Source: Anaeramoeba ignava BMAN
Lineage: Eukaryota; Protista; Anaeramoebae
Direction of reading: 5' to 3'
DNA: 64,000 nucleotides
Assembly: GCA_028826165.1 (NCBI GenBank)
Contig: JAPDFW010000064.1
Coordinates: forward strand, 124,001 to 188,000
Part shown: positions 13,566 through 31,600 of the stretch, in pieces
How the letters are laid out: each line of letters opens with the position of its first letter
Numbering within the stretch: the first letter of the stretch is position 1
Made by a program: the position numbers and the translations under genes
Notes under the pieces: generated by a model
The model's input: the letters and a program-made list of their open reading frames with translations, nothing else
What the model was told of the DNA's origin: nothing
Databases searched by the model: none

Positions 13566-15687
13566 ATGGTTGTTTATTTATTTCTTAGAGATTTTTGTTC
13601 TTGCTTTGCTTTTACAATAACTTTTCTTATAATATTTATATATCCAACATTAACAACAATTAAAAAAATAGATTTAGAAAATTTAGAATATAAATCAAAT
13701 ATAAAAAATGAAACAGGATTTGATAATAAAACAGAAAAATTATTTTGGTTTATTCACATTTCAGACACACATTTAAACAAATTTCATCCAGAAACAATTG
13801 AGAAATTTGAATATTTTGTTTCAGAATTTATTCCCAAAATAAACCCTTCTTTTGTAATTCACACTGGAGATATAACTCATGCAAAATTCTCAACTAATTT
13901 AACTTATAAAAATCAAACAAAACATTGAAGAATGGATAATTTATAAGAATATTCTTGAAAAATATAATTTATCATCTCCTCAAAAATGGTTGGATATTCG
14001 AGGAAATCATGATAGTGCAGAAATATATGATTTATACGATCCAAATAATTTCTATTATCGTTATTCTTCTTTAACTGAATATCTTAATCAAACACAAAGA
14101 AATCCTGTCAATCAGTTTTTATTCTCTTTTGATTTCGGTCAATATCAATTTATTTCTTTGGATGTCAATCCTTATCCTCATATTTCTTCCCCACTTTCTT
14201 TCTTGTCTTTTGTTAATGAATCTATGTTGCAAAAACTCGAAAGTTTTTTGAATCAAACTCAAGCTAATCAAACAATTCTTTTCATGCATCATCCAACTTT
14301 TCTTCATCAATATTACCCAAAAGAATTCTTACAATTCCCATTAATTGCTCAGAATAATTCTATTCGTCATCTCTCATCAAAATACTCCATTTTGGCTTTA
14401 TTAAATGGTCACGTTCATCGGAAAGGAATGTATTCAAGACTTTCTAAAAATCAAAACTCAAAAGAAACATTAGAACTTGAAGTTGCTGATTTTGGAAAAA
14501 AAAATATTTTTAGAATTTTTGCAATTGATAATGATGTTTTCAGTTTTGAAGATTTCGATATAAATGATATTGATTTTAGCTCACAATCAATTACATCTCA
14601 AAAATCAAACGAGAAAAAACCTAAACAAAAAGCTCTTATAGTTGTTACAAACCCAAAAAACGCTCGATTCATTACTTATAATGAACCATTAAATTTAATC
14701 AAAAAAAGTCAATATATTCGCGTTTTGATTTTTCCTAATAATTGGGATAATGTTGCCTCAGTTTCTTGTTATATCGATGGGAAAAAAAATCCTTTAGAAA
14801 TGAAACAAGTGGAAAAAAATCATCCTTTATTTGTAACTAAATGGGATCCTCAATTATGTTGTGATAAAGGACTTCATAATTTAAATATTGTTGTTAAAAA
14901 TTCAAATGGCGAAATTATTGCAGAAAAATCTCACTATTTTTCAATTGATGGAACAGTTAAACAAATAAAGCCAACATATTGGAATGTTATACAAAAAAAT
15001 GAATTGTATCAATTAGTTTGGAGTTGGTTGCTTTTTTTCTTTTTTCTTTTTGTTGTGGGATTGGGACTTGTTCCTCAAATTGTCAAGTTTATTTTGAAAA
15101 AAATACAAATTTATGATAAATTTAATCAGAAAATGAGCCAAACAATTTTCGAGAAACCATCATTTAAATCTTATTTGTTACTTCCTTTTAATCATTTAAT
15201 TTTCAATATCTGGAAATATTCATTAATTCCATTTAAAGATTTCATTTTCAATTTTTTGTCAGGAATTTTCCTTTTATTTGGACCTGTTTCAATTGGCAAA
15301 ATGATTGGTGAAGATTTTGGAATTGCATTTTTATGGGGTTGTTATATTGATTCATATTTTATTCCTTATTCTTTACCTGCTTATCATGCTCTTGTAATTA
15401 TATCTTTTGTTTATTTCCCATCAATTAATACACAAGCATTTGCTAGTTTATATCATTTAATCCAAAAGAAAAACAAATTGTATAAATGGATTAGTCTTTT
15501 TCTTCTTTTGGTTTCGTTTTTTTCAATAGTTATGTTTTTAATGATTTTTACATTTGTTTATTATCGAGGATACTTTATTATTGGTGTTTTAACTTCTTTT
15601 TCTTTATTTTGGAGCTCTTTATTGTGTTTAATTTTAGATTTTCGTTCTCTTTTAAAAATTTATTTTTCTAAATCAAAATCTGATTAA
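13566..15687 (+). CDS. TMEM62-like calcineurin-type metallophosphoesterase with C-terminal TM helices
   Basis: Motifs HISDTH, HTGDITH, DIRGNHD, HHP and GHVH; LIVVTNPKNA; hydrophobic C-terminus. The two ORFs join by removing one A at ~13916, giving NQQNIEEW. Confidence 0.88.
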
Positions 15688-15745
15688 CAAAAATTCAATT
15701 TCAAATTTCAAATTTCAAATTCATTTATAAATTCATTTATAAATT

Positions 15746-16180
15746 TCAATTTAAAAATTTAATTTTTCTTTCAATTAAATTCTTTTTTTCAATTAACTTC
15801 TTTTCAATTCCTAAATTCATTTCTTCAACTTCAATTATAAATTTTTTCCTCATTTGATTAATTTCTTCTTTTATTTTTAATTTTTCTTTTTTTAATTCTT
15901 TAATTTTTAATTCATTTTCTTTAATTTCTTTTTTAATTTTTGAATTAATTTCATTAATAATTTGAATTTGAGTTTTTATTTTGGAAATTTGAATTAAATT
16001 TTTTTCATTTTCTTCTTTCTTTTTTAAATATTTTTTTTCAAAAGAAATAATTTCTTTTTCAATTAAAAATAAATTTGTTTTTGTTTTTTCAAATTCTTCA
16101 TTTTGTTTAAAATTAATTTCTTCAAGAAGAGAAAAAGTGGATTCAAAAGTGGATTTATTATTTTGATTTAAAGAATTCAT
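15746..16180 (-). CDS. Small coiled-coil protein of unknown function
   Basis: 144-aa ATG-initiated, E/K/I-rich ORF with heptad-like pattern, lying between two genes. No recognisable domain. Confidence 0.55.
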   Translation of the reverse strand: MNSLNQNNKSTFESTFSLLEEINFKQNEEFEKTKTNLFLIEKEIISFEKKYLKKKEENEKNLIQISKIKTQIQIINEINSKIKKEIKENELKIKELKKEKLKIKEEINQMRKKFIIEVEEMNLGIEKKLIEKKNLIERKIKFLN

Positions 16181-16329
16181 TTTTATTATTTATTATTTAA
16201 AAAAATAAAAAGAAAAATAAAAAGAAAAAATTTAATCAAAAAAAAATAAAAATAAAAATAAGATCTGCCAGAAAACAAAATAAAAAAAAAAGAAATCAAA
16301 AAGAAATAAAACAATTTTTCTTCCACTTT

Positions 16330-19366
<3,037 letters not shown>

Positions 19367-19380
19367 TATTTATTATTGAA

Positions 19381-19430
19381 AAAAAAATGAAAAATGAAAA
19401 ATGAAAAATGAAAAATGAAAAATGAAAAAT
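19381..19430 (-). promoter_or_regulatory. Tandem array of ~6 T-rich TCA (Inr-like) units just upstream of the WIPI ATG
   Basis: (AAAAATG)n on the plus strand, 15-65 nt upstream of the minus-strand ATG at 19366. Confidence 0.55.
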
Positions 19431-19463
19431 TTTATTTTTTTAGATTTTTGGATTGTTTCTTTT

Positions 19464-22400
19464 CTATTTCATCATAACACTCATTTTAACAAGTTTAGAA
19501 TTTATATTTTCTGGAATTCTAAGTGGAATTATTCCACAAAATTTCATTAAATTTGAAGCTTTAGATTTTAATTCATTTAAATACTAAAAAAATTAAAAAT
19601 TTAAATTAAAAAATTAGAAAATTAATTTAGAATATAATTTTTAAATATAATTTTCTTACTCTAATTTGTCCTCCATCAAATAAATCATTTGTAAATTCAA
19701 TTTGATTACTTTCAAATATTTTAAAAAGAATTGTCATTGAAACAAGAAGAATTTGACTAAATATTTTCTTAATAGAATTACCCAAACTTGCAAATCTTAT
19801 CATACATTCATTCATTTGAGAAGAATCAAAAGGAACTAATTTTAAATTTTCAATAATCTATATATAAAAAATTTTTTTTGATTTTTTTTAAATTTGAAAA
19901 TGGAATAAAAATTATTGTTTTTTGGATAATTGAAAATTAAAATTAAAAAAATTTTTTACAGAAAGAGCTTCTCCAAATTCTCCAATAGAATAAAGATAAA
20001 AGAAATCAATAAGATATAATAAAATAACAAAATTTTCTGAAGATTCAGGATTAACATTATTCCAAAGAATAGAAGATGATTGATATCTTATTCTAATTGA
20101 TTGAGCAAGCTCTATTAAACTTTCATTTTCTTTTGAATCACCACCAATTATTCTACTTAATCTTTGATTTAATAAATCAATTGCTTTTTGATTAAAATTG
20201 GCAAAATCATAAATACGAATAGCCTCTTCATATAATCCATTTTCTTCAAATTGAATAGCAGTAATTTTCATCATTTCCTGAATTTCTTCCATTTCTAAAT
20301 TTTGGAAAATTTGAAACACAATTCCTTCTTCTCTATTATCTTGATCATCATCAACTTTCCCAAAAATATAATCAATTTGATGAGTTTCCAATACTAAATC
20401 TTTTACTGCATAATATAAGTCTTGTTTGTCACGGATTATGTTTAAGTAATTAAGTGAAATATCGAGATGATCCTCTTTGGGATAAAATCTGTGAATATAA
20501 GATTTGATCATTTGGCTAAACATAAAAGAAATGTTGTTTTTTTCTTGATTTAAAACAAGAAAATCATTATCTATTGAGACTTGAATTAAATTCCATAATT
20601 TCTTGATTTTCTGTTTTGGATTTGTTTTGGTTTGCTGAATATTTTTATATCCAATTTCCTTTTTTTGAATAGGAAGATAGTTCAATATTCCATAATAATA
20701 TAAAGCAATAGCAAAATGAACTGCTTCATAATAATATTCACTATATTGAATAAGATAAGCAACAGCACATTCAAATAATTGAGATAATAAAAGAATTCTA
20801 AAAAATTGAAGAGGTTTTTTTCCTGTTGGATTAAAATGTTTTTCTCCATATTCAAGAATATTTTCTTGTAATTTTTCAAGTGTAAAAATTTCATTTAAAG
20901 CAGTTCTATTACTTTTATCATCTTGTATCATTAACAACTATAATAAAATTATGAAATTAAAATTATGAATTCTTTTAAATAATTCAAATGATTTTTTTTT
21001 AATACCATAAACCAAATATAATCTTCTAAAGAATTCAAAATTGATGTCATTGAATGTATATCACATTTCCCAATAATATTAAAAACAATTTGTTTATAAG
21101 GATCATCACAAGTGTGAACAATATTTCTATATTGATGAAATAGTCTTGTCCATAAATATTCTGAAAGTCTATTTATATTTTTTAAATATTTTTAATTATA
21201 TTTTTTAAATATTTTTTAAATATTTATTACATTCCATCATTTTCAATATATTCTTTGAAATAAACAAGAAATTGAACAACATCATTTGAAGCAACATCTT
21301 TGATATCAATTAAAAATTTAAGAATTGATTCCAACTCTCCACATCTAAGAAGATAATATATTATTGGCCAAACAGGAATTCCATCAACAAAATCAACAAA
21401 ATTTGAAGGCCAATGATCTTCACTTGTTTTAAATTGAATGTTTAAAAATCCATAAATTAAAGATATTATTCCAGGAACTCCTCCAACTTTAGCCTTTCTT
21501 GGATTTTTTTGAATTTGATTTCGAATAAATTTTGTGTATTGACTTTCTAAGAAATCAAGTGCTCCTCTAATAAATGTTTTTGAGATGTTTGAGTTTTTTT
21601 CTTGATAATCTATTAAATAATGTTGTTCTTGAAAAGTTTTGTTTTGGAAAATCCCATCTTTAACATCTTTTTCTGAAATAATACAAGCTAATAATTCCCA
21701 AATATCATTCAATTCAATTATTTTCTTTTCGCTTAAATCTGAAAGTGCGGATAGTTGATTTTGAGCTGATTGAAATACATTTATAATTCCATAAGGTTGT
21801 TTTTTGTTTCTATAAAAATTCAAATTGATAATTGCTTGACTAAAAATTTGGATTTTGTTTAAATTTGGAGGAATATTGCTCATTTCATTTGATAAATTAG
21901 AATCAGGAGAATATAATAAAATTTCCACATCTTTTGATTGTGAATTTTGAATGGAATCTTGGAAATAATCCATTTGATTTAATTTTAATTCCTTTTCAAG
22001 TATAGAATTTTTACTACTTTCCCATTCATCTTGTGCAGTTTGAAAACAATATTCACTTGATTTTGAGATTGTTTTTTGTATTGTTTCTTCAATAGATTTG
22101 AGGATTATTGTTTCGTGAATATTTTTAAAATGCACATTTAAATCTGATTTTGTTTGAATAATTGGATCTAAATTAAATTCTTGATTAATATTTTTTGATT
22201 GAAATTTTGATAATTCTCGAATAAATTTATCAGATTCAAAACCAGCTTTAGAAAGAAAATTTCGAACTTTATTTGAATTTAATTTAGGTTTTTCTGTTAT
22301 AATTTTTGATTCTGTTTCTTTTTTCTTTTTCTGTTTCTATTTCTATTTCTATTTCTATTGGTTCTTTTCTTGATTGAACATTTACTTGATTAATTGGTTT

Positions 22401-22475
22401 TTGTAATTTTGGAATTGATTTTTCTTGAAAAGAATTTAAATTTTGAGCTTTTTGAAGTAAATTTTGAAAATCCAT
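19464..22475 (-). CDS. NUP93: Nucleoporin Nup93/Nic96; 5 exons
   Basis: MDFQNLLQKAQNL...IPKLQK; IHETIILKSIEE; ALDFLESQY...NPRKAKVGGVPG; PVWPIIYYLLRCG; DPYK; LEDYIWF; FFRILLLSQLFECAV; EAVHFAIALYYYGIL. One +1 frameshift in the A-run at ~22320. Confidence 0.93.
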
Positions 22476-22605
22476 TTTTAAAATGAAAAATGAAAAATGA
22501 AAAAAATGAAAATAAAAATTTTTATTTTGAATCAAATCAAAATGAAAAAATAAAAACAAAAAATTAAGAAATTTCTTTTTTGTTTGTTACAAAATAATTT
22601 TGAAT

Positions 22606-25600
22606 TCAATTATGAGAATATAAAACTTGACCAATAAATAAACTTCCATTAGCAGAACCAGCAATTAAATATTTTTGGTCAAAAAGAAGAGAAAGAGAAA
22701 AAATTTGTTGTTGAATATTAATTTTTGAAATCAACCTTAAAGTTTCAACCTCTCTAATTTCTGATAAAACCTTTTCCACCAAGAAACATAAACTGAGCAT
22801 TATCCATGATACAAAAGGAATAAATTGGCTGAGAAGAATGAACTTGACGAATAAGTCTTCCATTTATAGTAAATAAAGAAATCTTCATACTTGATTGATA
22901 AGTAACAACAATATAACCATTTCTTGAAATTTTCAAAAGAGAAATTGGAGAGTTATCTTTTTCATGGAAAGTAAATAGATGCTTTCCTTTGAATAAACTA
23001 TGAGCAATTATATTTCCGTTATTTGAACCACTGACAACAATATCCAAATCCACATTTAAATCAACACTTGTAACTTCATCTTCATGTTCAAGAAAAACGC
23101 GAAGAGGAACATCTTTAAAATGCTCAGGATCTCTTGATTCCCAGACAGAAACAGATGAATCTTGTGAAGCTGTGACAAGATATCCTTTCATGTAAGATGT
23201 GCAAGTGACTACTCCTTTATTTGCGCAAATACTTTGAATAATTTGAGAATTTTCAATGTTGATGATTTTGAATGTTGAATCTGGAAATCCGCAACAAAAC
23301 GCAAATTTTGCTGAATCATGCACTTCAAAACATTGTGAATATTTTGTGATATCAATCGCAAAATTCCCTTCAATTGGAGATCGTTTTGAAAGTTGTCGAT
23401 CAATTTCAAAAAGAAAAGGTGCAGAATTTCCAACTGAATTTACATTCAAACATCGATGAACACCAATTCTGCGCTCTGAATTGAATGTGATTAATGAAAT
23501 GGGAGATCCTGTGAATAAAGAATTTTGCGTTTCTTGTGGAATGCCTACAAATAAAATGGGAGAATCGCCGATATTTGTTGTGTAACATTTCAAATCACAT
23601 GGATAATATTTTAATTGGATACACAAAAGTGGATTTGCTGTTTTTTCGATTGGCAATCTTTGTGGATGAGGTTTTTTGAATAGTTGTTTTGGTGTCTGTC
23701 CAAGAACTTGTATTTGCAATTCTATAATTTCGATCTGTTGCTTGTCAAGCTTTGAAAAATCAACAGAATTTTCATATGTTAAAGGATAAAAAACATTCAT
23801 GGCTTTTTGGGCTTCGAATCCTTTTTGTTTATATCCGAATATCAAATCTATCCATTCGTGAAGATGTTCAGATACATATTCAGATTCAAGTGCTTCCCGA
23901 TGAATACGAATGAAATCTTGAGAATTTCTCGCCCATTTTGGTAATTCAACATCTGGGATTTTTGATCCGTTTCTTTCGGGATATGAAGATGTTATTCTAT
24001 TCGTATTTTCAAGGAATTCGGGAAAATAAAAAAATTCGGGAGTTAATTCTCGAACATCATTTTGATTTGAAAAGCAACTTTTCCAAAGATCAGAAATGGA
24101 CTTTAAATTCATCAATTTTTGTATTCTTATTTGCTGTTTGAAAAACAAAGAAGTGAAGGGTTCAATTCTGTAGAGAAAAGAAAGCACAACCATTGGATTT
24201 GAGTAATGGTTTCCGTAAAAAAACGGTCCAAGTTCTCTTTGATTTTTGGAATTTTCGAAAGTGTTTTTATATGATTGATGTAAATCTGGATTTAAGGCTC
24301 CGATTGGTTTTGATAAATCACGATATATTTCCTTATTTGATAAATCAATTTTTTCTGATGTGTAATCTGTTAATATCCACGGAAACACTGGGTATTGTGA
24401 TAAATCATTGTAGCTTCTTCCAGCAAATGTGTTTAATTCCATCAAATATTCAAAGTTACTAATTTCTCTGTTTCTCCATTTGTTGAACCATTTCCATTCC
24501 TTAAAATTGATTTTATCAGTAAAATTTTCTTTGAGTTTCAGTTGTTTTTGATTCAGTAAAAAATTTAAAACTTTATCTCTTGAATTTTCTGAATTAAAGC
24601 GAAGAAGAAGAGGATGCGATTTTCTGAAGAATATTTCAAGTGAATTACGGTTGTGAAGTGATGTTCTTGTGAAAATTTTGGAAATGTCTGAAATTTCCCA
24701 CAAACTATGAAGAATAAAGAAATCAATTGAATTTGTTTTTGAATTTGGGATTGAAATTGAAATTCCGTTTTCGTTTTCATTTTCATTTTCATTTTCATTT
24801 TCATTTTCGTTTTCACTTTCATTTTCACTTTTATTTTGATTATTATTTTGATTATTATTTTGATTATTATAATTATGATTATCTTTTTTGGCTTGAAAGA
24901 AAAGTAAATATTTTTCTTGGATTAGAATTAATCCGGGAATTGTATTATTTAAAAAAACACAAATAGTTGAACATTTTACACTTGGAGAAGATTGGTTTTG
25001 AATAACTTCCAAAATTGTTTGGTTACTTTCATTAGAATTTATACGTCTTTTCCTGATAATTCGATCAAGAAACATATAATTAGGATCTTCTGAAATGGGA
25101 GATTTGAAGAAGTTTTGTTTTATATCTTGAGACCATTCAATATCAAGAATAAATCTTCGTCTCAATGAGTCTTCTTTGTTGGATAATTTGAATCTGAAAG
25201 AAGGATATTCTTCTTCTTTGTTTTCATTTTGAATTTCATTTTGAATTTCATTTTCATTTTCAATTTGAATTTGAATTTGATTTTCATTTTCAATTTGATT
25301 TTCATTTTCATTTTCATTTTCAATTTGATTTTGATTTTGATTTTGATTTTGATTTTGATTTTGATTTTGATTTTGATTTTGATTTTGATTTTGATTTTGA
25401 TTTTGATTTTGATTTTGATTTTGATTTTGATTTTGATTTTGATTTGTTTCCAGGAAAGATAAAGGTTGAAATTGCTCATAAAGTGATTTGCCAATAAAAG
25501 GTTTAAAATCTTGAAAAGATAATATTAAGTTTTGCTTTTGATTGAAATTTTCAGTTTTCAGTCTTTGCTTCTCAGATTTAAACAATGCTTCTTGAGACTC

Positions 25601-28600
25601 GAAATGTATTTGGTTGAGAGATATTTTGATTTCTGTTCTATTTTTTTTATTATTTCGAAGGAAATCGCGTTTCAAAATATGAGAATTTATTAGTTGATTT
25701 TTCAGAAAATCCTTTGTATCTTGGAACTTTTTTGCTTTTGATTTGTTGCTTATAATGGGAAAAAGCTTTATTAATGGCTTTTTGCCATTGTCCTTCGTTT
25801 AAAGTTTGGCTAAATTCCTGAATTGAAATATTGAATAATTTTGATTTTTCTTGATTTTTTGGGAATATTTTTTCTTTGTTCTTAAATTGCAAGGCATTGG
25901 ATACAAAGTAATATTTCAGTTTCATCATATCTAAAATGCATCTCAATATAAAATGCTTTTGAATATTCAAATGTTCCAATTCCAAGATTGTATTAGTTTT
26001 TTTTGCATTTTCAAGTTCATCGGTTTCATCAATTTCACCAATACTTTTTTCATGATCTTCTTTTCCAAGTTGTTTCTTCTCGAGTTTCTGATAATAACCA
26101 AATAAATAACAAAATGTAATGTAAGTATATTCAGAAACAGTTGATGCTAATATTGGGTTATTGGCAAAAACTTCAGAATGCAAAGTGATCAAATAACTGC
26201 ACATTGTTTGCATTTGGATGGGTTTTGATTTTTCAACACAAGTCAAGAGTAGAATCAAAACTATTTTATAAAAGCTCCGAGTTATTCCTTTGGTTTGGAA
26301 TGTAAATGATTTTGAAAAAACGCCTAAACTATTCAGTAATTCAAGCAATTTTGACGCCATATCAAACTCCAAAATTTTCACAATATCATTTTGTGGATTT
26401 TTCTGATTGCTATTTCTGTTCAATCCATCATATTGAGAAACAAACATTCTTTTTTTATATTGCTTTAATTTTTTAGCATCCATTTTTTTGCGATTAGAAG
26501 GAGATATTTTTGTGATATTTATTTTCTTTTGTGTTATTTTTCCAGTTTTCGATGATTTCTTTAGTTCGTTGATATCATTTTCCAAATCAAAATTGAAAGT
26601 TTGCTCAAAAACTAAGCAATAAACTAAATTTGTGAGATAGACTAAATTTTTGGAAAAAGAATAATCAGAGTTTAGATCAATTTTTGAGTTTTCAATCAAA
26701 GAAATCAAATCTTCCAGAATATTTGATAACAAATTGAAAAGGATAAAATTTTGGTCTCCTTGTGTTTTGAAGAGTAGATGAACAAAAAACAAAGTTTGTT
26801 CAAATTCTTTTTGGAAAGAAACCCTTGGATTTTGAGTAAAACAATATATATGGATTTGACGAAAAATTCCGAAAATGAATTTAATTTTCAATCGAGTATT
26901 TTCATAGGATTCTAAAACTTGATTTTGATTATTTTGATTATTTTGATTATTTTGATTTTCATTTTCGTTTTCATTTTCGTTTTCGTTTTGACTACTTTGA
27001 GAAGAGTTTAAATCAAGTTGAGTTCGAAGTAATTTGAAAAACCAATTATGCCAATAATTTCGTGAAAGAATTTTATCTTTGATTGTGAGTTTATTTTCAT
27101 TACTTCTTTTGTTATCTTTATCCTTGAGTATAGATAACAAAGACAAAAGAATATCCACAAAAATTTCATTGTTTTGCTTTTCGCACATTTCACAAAGTAT
27201 TTTTAGATAATAAATACTAGCATTATCTAATTTATTGTTGCAAAAAGTGACTTGAAACAATTGGAAAATTAGTTGAGATGTGAAGTTATTAAATGGCTTT
27301 TTTGACAATAAACTACTGATAATCAAAGAATAGTTTATTGTGATTTCGTATGAATCCTCGTTGATGAATTCATGATTCTGTAAGGGATAATGGGATTCGA
27401 GAATAAATATCACCTGCAGCCAACTGTTGATTATTATTATACTTTTTGCTTTTTGGATCAAATACAAAATAATTTCTCTTGATTGAGGTATTTTATGGAG
27501 AATAGTTCTGAAGAAAGGGTTTTTGGAGACTAAGTTTGCTAACAAGGAGGCTGTAATGTCGCTGAAATAAACTGTTTTGAGAATGTCGCAACTTGAGAGC
27601 AGTGATTTGAAGTGAGTAATTCTCAGATCTTCGCTTCTTTCCTTGGTTATCACCTCTTCGATAATTTGTGATAATTTATTTCCAATCTGATAAATTTGGT
27701 CAGTTGTTAGCTGAATTTTATCCGGTTTTTCGTCCATGAAATTTGGATGTTTTCTCTGGAGCATTAAAACATTGAGGATATTATCATAAAAATACAAAGG
27801 ATGTAATAAATCTAGGAACTGTATTGGTAAAGATGATTTAGATTCCTGGTTTTCGACTTGAAGATTTCTTTTTTGTTTTTGTGGTGAATGAGTGATATTA
27901 TTTTCTTGCATCATTTGGTTCATTTTTTTCAATGCAGATTTTTTGATTTTTTTATCTTGCTTTGAAGGAGTATTTGTTTCTGGTTTGGTTTCTTTCTTGT
28001 TTTCCGGTCTCTCTTCTTTGATACTATTTTTATGCGAGGATATTTTTTGAGGACTGAATGCGATTGTATTGGTTTGTTCATCTGGTGCATTCAAATATAT
28101 ATAATCTGATATCATTTGAAGAAGTGATTTGTGGAAATTGAAGCTGAAATAATACCAAATATTGAAATCAAGAAGAAGCTCTGTTTTCAGACTCTTCAAA
28201 GTTTCCTTGTCTGTTGTTAATAGAAGCAAACTTTTCAGAAGATTGAAAATTTGGTTTTCAAATAATTTGAATGAAGTGTTTCTGAATATGTTATTCAAAA
28301 GATAGAAACCGTGTTTTTCTTTCATATCTTTGCGGAAATCTTTTTGATAAAGTAGCAAAACAAATAATTTGGATAATTGCTCAAATATTGCAGGATCGAT
28401 TTGACTATTTTCCTTTTTTAATTTATTCTGAATATTTTCAATATTTTCAATATTTTCGTTATTTTCTTCGTTTTCTTTTTGATCCTTCTTTTCCTTTTCT
28501 TGTTCTGCAATTTCTCGCCTGATGCAATAATTAAACTCAAGAAAAAGCGAAATGAAAGCGCGAGAACCTCCAATAGAAATTAAATGGGTTAGTGCAGATG

Positions 28601-31600
28601 ATAGGCAACAAGGAAAGACATGAAAAAGTTTTGATAAATTTTTTGTTTCAATCATATTTTGGTTATTTTTTTTCACGGATAGCAGATTATAAATATCTCT
28701 TGGATGCAATTCAAGGATATATTTGTTTCGCAGTTGTTTGTATAAGTGTTTTTCAGAGGATGAAATATTTGCTTTGAAATCTTCAGGGAAAGTATAAGGA
28801 TGAAAAATGCAAATTGAAGAAAGTTGTTCAGAAGATAGAGATTCGTTGAAAATGAAAATTGGACCTATATTCCCGTAAAATGTTCTTTTAAAATATGTGT
28901 CTGTGTCTTTATTTTTGCTCAATATCATGTTCTGTGCTCCAATTATATTATAAGTAAATAACTTTGTTTGGAAATCTTGGGTTCTTGTTGTTGTTGTTTT
29001 ACTGTATTTATCGTTAATAGACAAGGTGACTTTAGAAGAATTTGATCCTATATTTGAAAATGATAAAGCAATGAAATTCCATCTGTATTCCTGAATTAGT
29101 TCTGAAGGAATTTCGAAGCGATGCTTTATTGATTGTTGTTCTTTTAAATGAATTTTGAATGTGCAAAAAATGGTTTGTTCTGAATTAAAATTTCTTGTTA
29201 AATCAAAACTTTTTTGATTTTGATTTTGATATTGATTTTGATTTTCTTGATTTTGATTTTCTTGATTTTGATTTTGATTTTGATTTTGATTTTGATTTTG
29301 ATTTTGATTTTGATTTTGATTTTGATTTGATTTGGAGTCTTCTTGGTTAATATTGAAATATAATTGAAACCCTGCTGATAAATCATTTGAAAAACTGAAA
29401 ATCCTTGGTTTATAATTAGTTGAAATATGTGTGTTTGATGTGATATTTTCCATCTTGAACCATGTACAGAATGTAAATCCTGAATTCAAATTTTTGATTT
29501 TGATTGCTGGAAGTTGAATACATGATTTTTTATCTTGGAAATCAAAAAAATCTAGATTCCCATTTGGGTTTTGTGATAAAAGAAAATACAAATGGGAAAG
29601 ATAAATATAAGCCATTTTTTTATCATAATTTCTTAGTGAGTTTCTGAGTAAATTGAGTAATATTTTGAGTTCTGAGGAAGTGATCCAATTTGAGCCTAAA
29701 AGAGAAACAAACGACATAATTTTCTCCAGAATATCCAAGTTGGTTATTCTTGGAGCAAGTTCAAGAAGGAAAGTAATTATTCCTTGATAGCAGCATCGCA
29801 GAATATTTTGAATAGATTGTTGGCATACTTTGTGGAATGTATCAATCAATTCAATGAAAATGTCGTGATTTTTTGAATAGTTATAGAATATCCGAAAAAC
29901 AACCATTAAAAACCCTGGATTTTCAATAATATAAACATCATCCAAATGAGCATCTTTTCTCATGATCATTTTTAATAGAATTTCGTAAACTGTTTTTGAG
30001 TCGACATCCTCAGGGAATTCTTCAATCAAATTTGAAAAGGCATCAAAGCCGATGATTTTCTTGAATTTCTCAACATTTTCTGGATTTTCATAGATCAATT
30101 CCGCAATTAATAGAAGAATATCAATGAATAATTTTTGGCGCAATTCTTGTTTGGAAAGCAAAGCAACCAAATTTGTTAATAAATCTGTTTCGAAAAATAT
30201 TTTTTGAAGAGGTTTCCGGTTTTTTTGAATGGAACGCGAGCATAAATCCAAAATATTCTTTATGATTTCCATATTTTCATAAAGCGCACTTTCTTCAATC
30301 CCATCTTTTTCGCTTTGCTCATCGCTTAGAGATGAATTTATTGAAGGAAGTGTTTGTCCTCTCATTAGTAACTCCTCAAGAATTCTTGTGAAAAATGTTG
30401 TATCCAATTTTGAGTAATTTTCTGGAACTTTGTTCATCATTTCAGATAAATGATAAAGCGCATACATCTTTGTTTTTGGGATTGAAATCCAAGATAGAAG
30501 CATTTCATATGTTTCTTTGTGATTTAGTATTTCAACTTGAGCATTTTGGAAAGATAAAAATAAATGGAAAATTCCCATCACTTTCGAGAGAAATTTGAAA
30601 TGCTTTGGATTTTCAGGAAAAGATGGAAATAAATAACGAATAATTTTTGTGAATGTTTCAAGCCCATTTATTTCTAACAATAATGTTTGGAAATTTGATG
30701 AATTCTGAGTGAAAATATAAGACATAATTTTGATCCAAAATGACAAAATCTTAGGATTATCGAGATTATTTGTAATTGTATCATTAAAATGGTATATTGA
30801 AGCATCACTAAATAGTACCAAACATGATGAAACTTTAGCAAGCAACACTGAAAGGGTGCCTTGGTATTTTATCATTTCTGAATTGTTGTTTTGTTTGAGT
30901 TTTTCTTCATCAAATAGAAAATAATCTGAAAGAAATACTTCCCAAAAAGGTTTTGGATAAATTATTTTCCAATCATCAGCTTGAAATACTTTTTCAAATT
31001 CAAGTAGAATGAAGAATTGAAGAACAGGATATTCGGTTTTAAGTTTTTGAAGACTTTTTTTGACTAACAAAGAGTCGTTTTCAAACGGAGTGAATATATC
31101 AATATAAATATAAAAGAATCTGAGGCGAAATGAAGAAACAATGATTCTTGCTGATGGTTTAAGATAATTTGGTGTATCTTGCTCAATTTGGAATTCTTTG
31201 AGTTGTTTTGAAATGTATTTATTTGATGAATTTTTTTCTTTACTGAATTTTGTGTTTGTAAATAAACGGAATTTTTGGAATAGTTGATCAAGATATGGTT
31301 CAGATGGATATTTTCTTTGAGAACGATTTTGTTGTTCTTTTCCAATAAATGAAGGCATTTTGACAAATTGGGAATTTTTTTTGGGTTGAGAAAAGTCGAA
31401 ATCATTCAGAGAGATTGATTTTTTATCATTATTATTTTCTTGATTATCATTATTATTATTATTTTCATTATTTTCATTATTATTATTTTCATTATTATTA
31501 TTTTCATTATTATTTTCTTGATTTTTTATCAGTTTTTTATCAGTCTTTTTCTTTAGCATAACTGAAGATAATTTGCTAAAACACCAATGTGTAAATTCTC

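Noticed and set aside
22606-22640. C-terminal ...VLYSHN resembling an intein end
   Set aside because: It is followed by a stop rather than C/S/T, no N-terminal splicing block or endonuclease motifs are visible, and the context is a WD40 blade. No intein was recognised in any ORF.
25640-25660. AAA-TAA Euplotes-type +1 frameshift site in BEACH
   Set aside because: The downstream frame is already open and protein-like for more than 25 codons upstream, and the other shift sites lack this motif.
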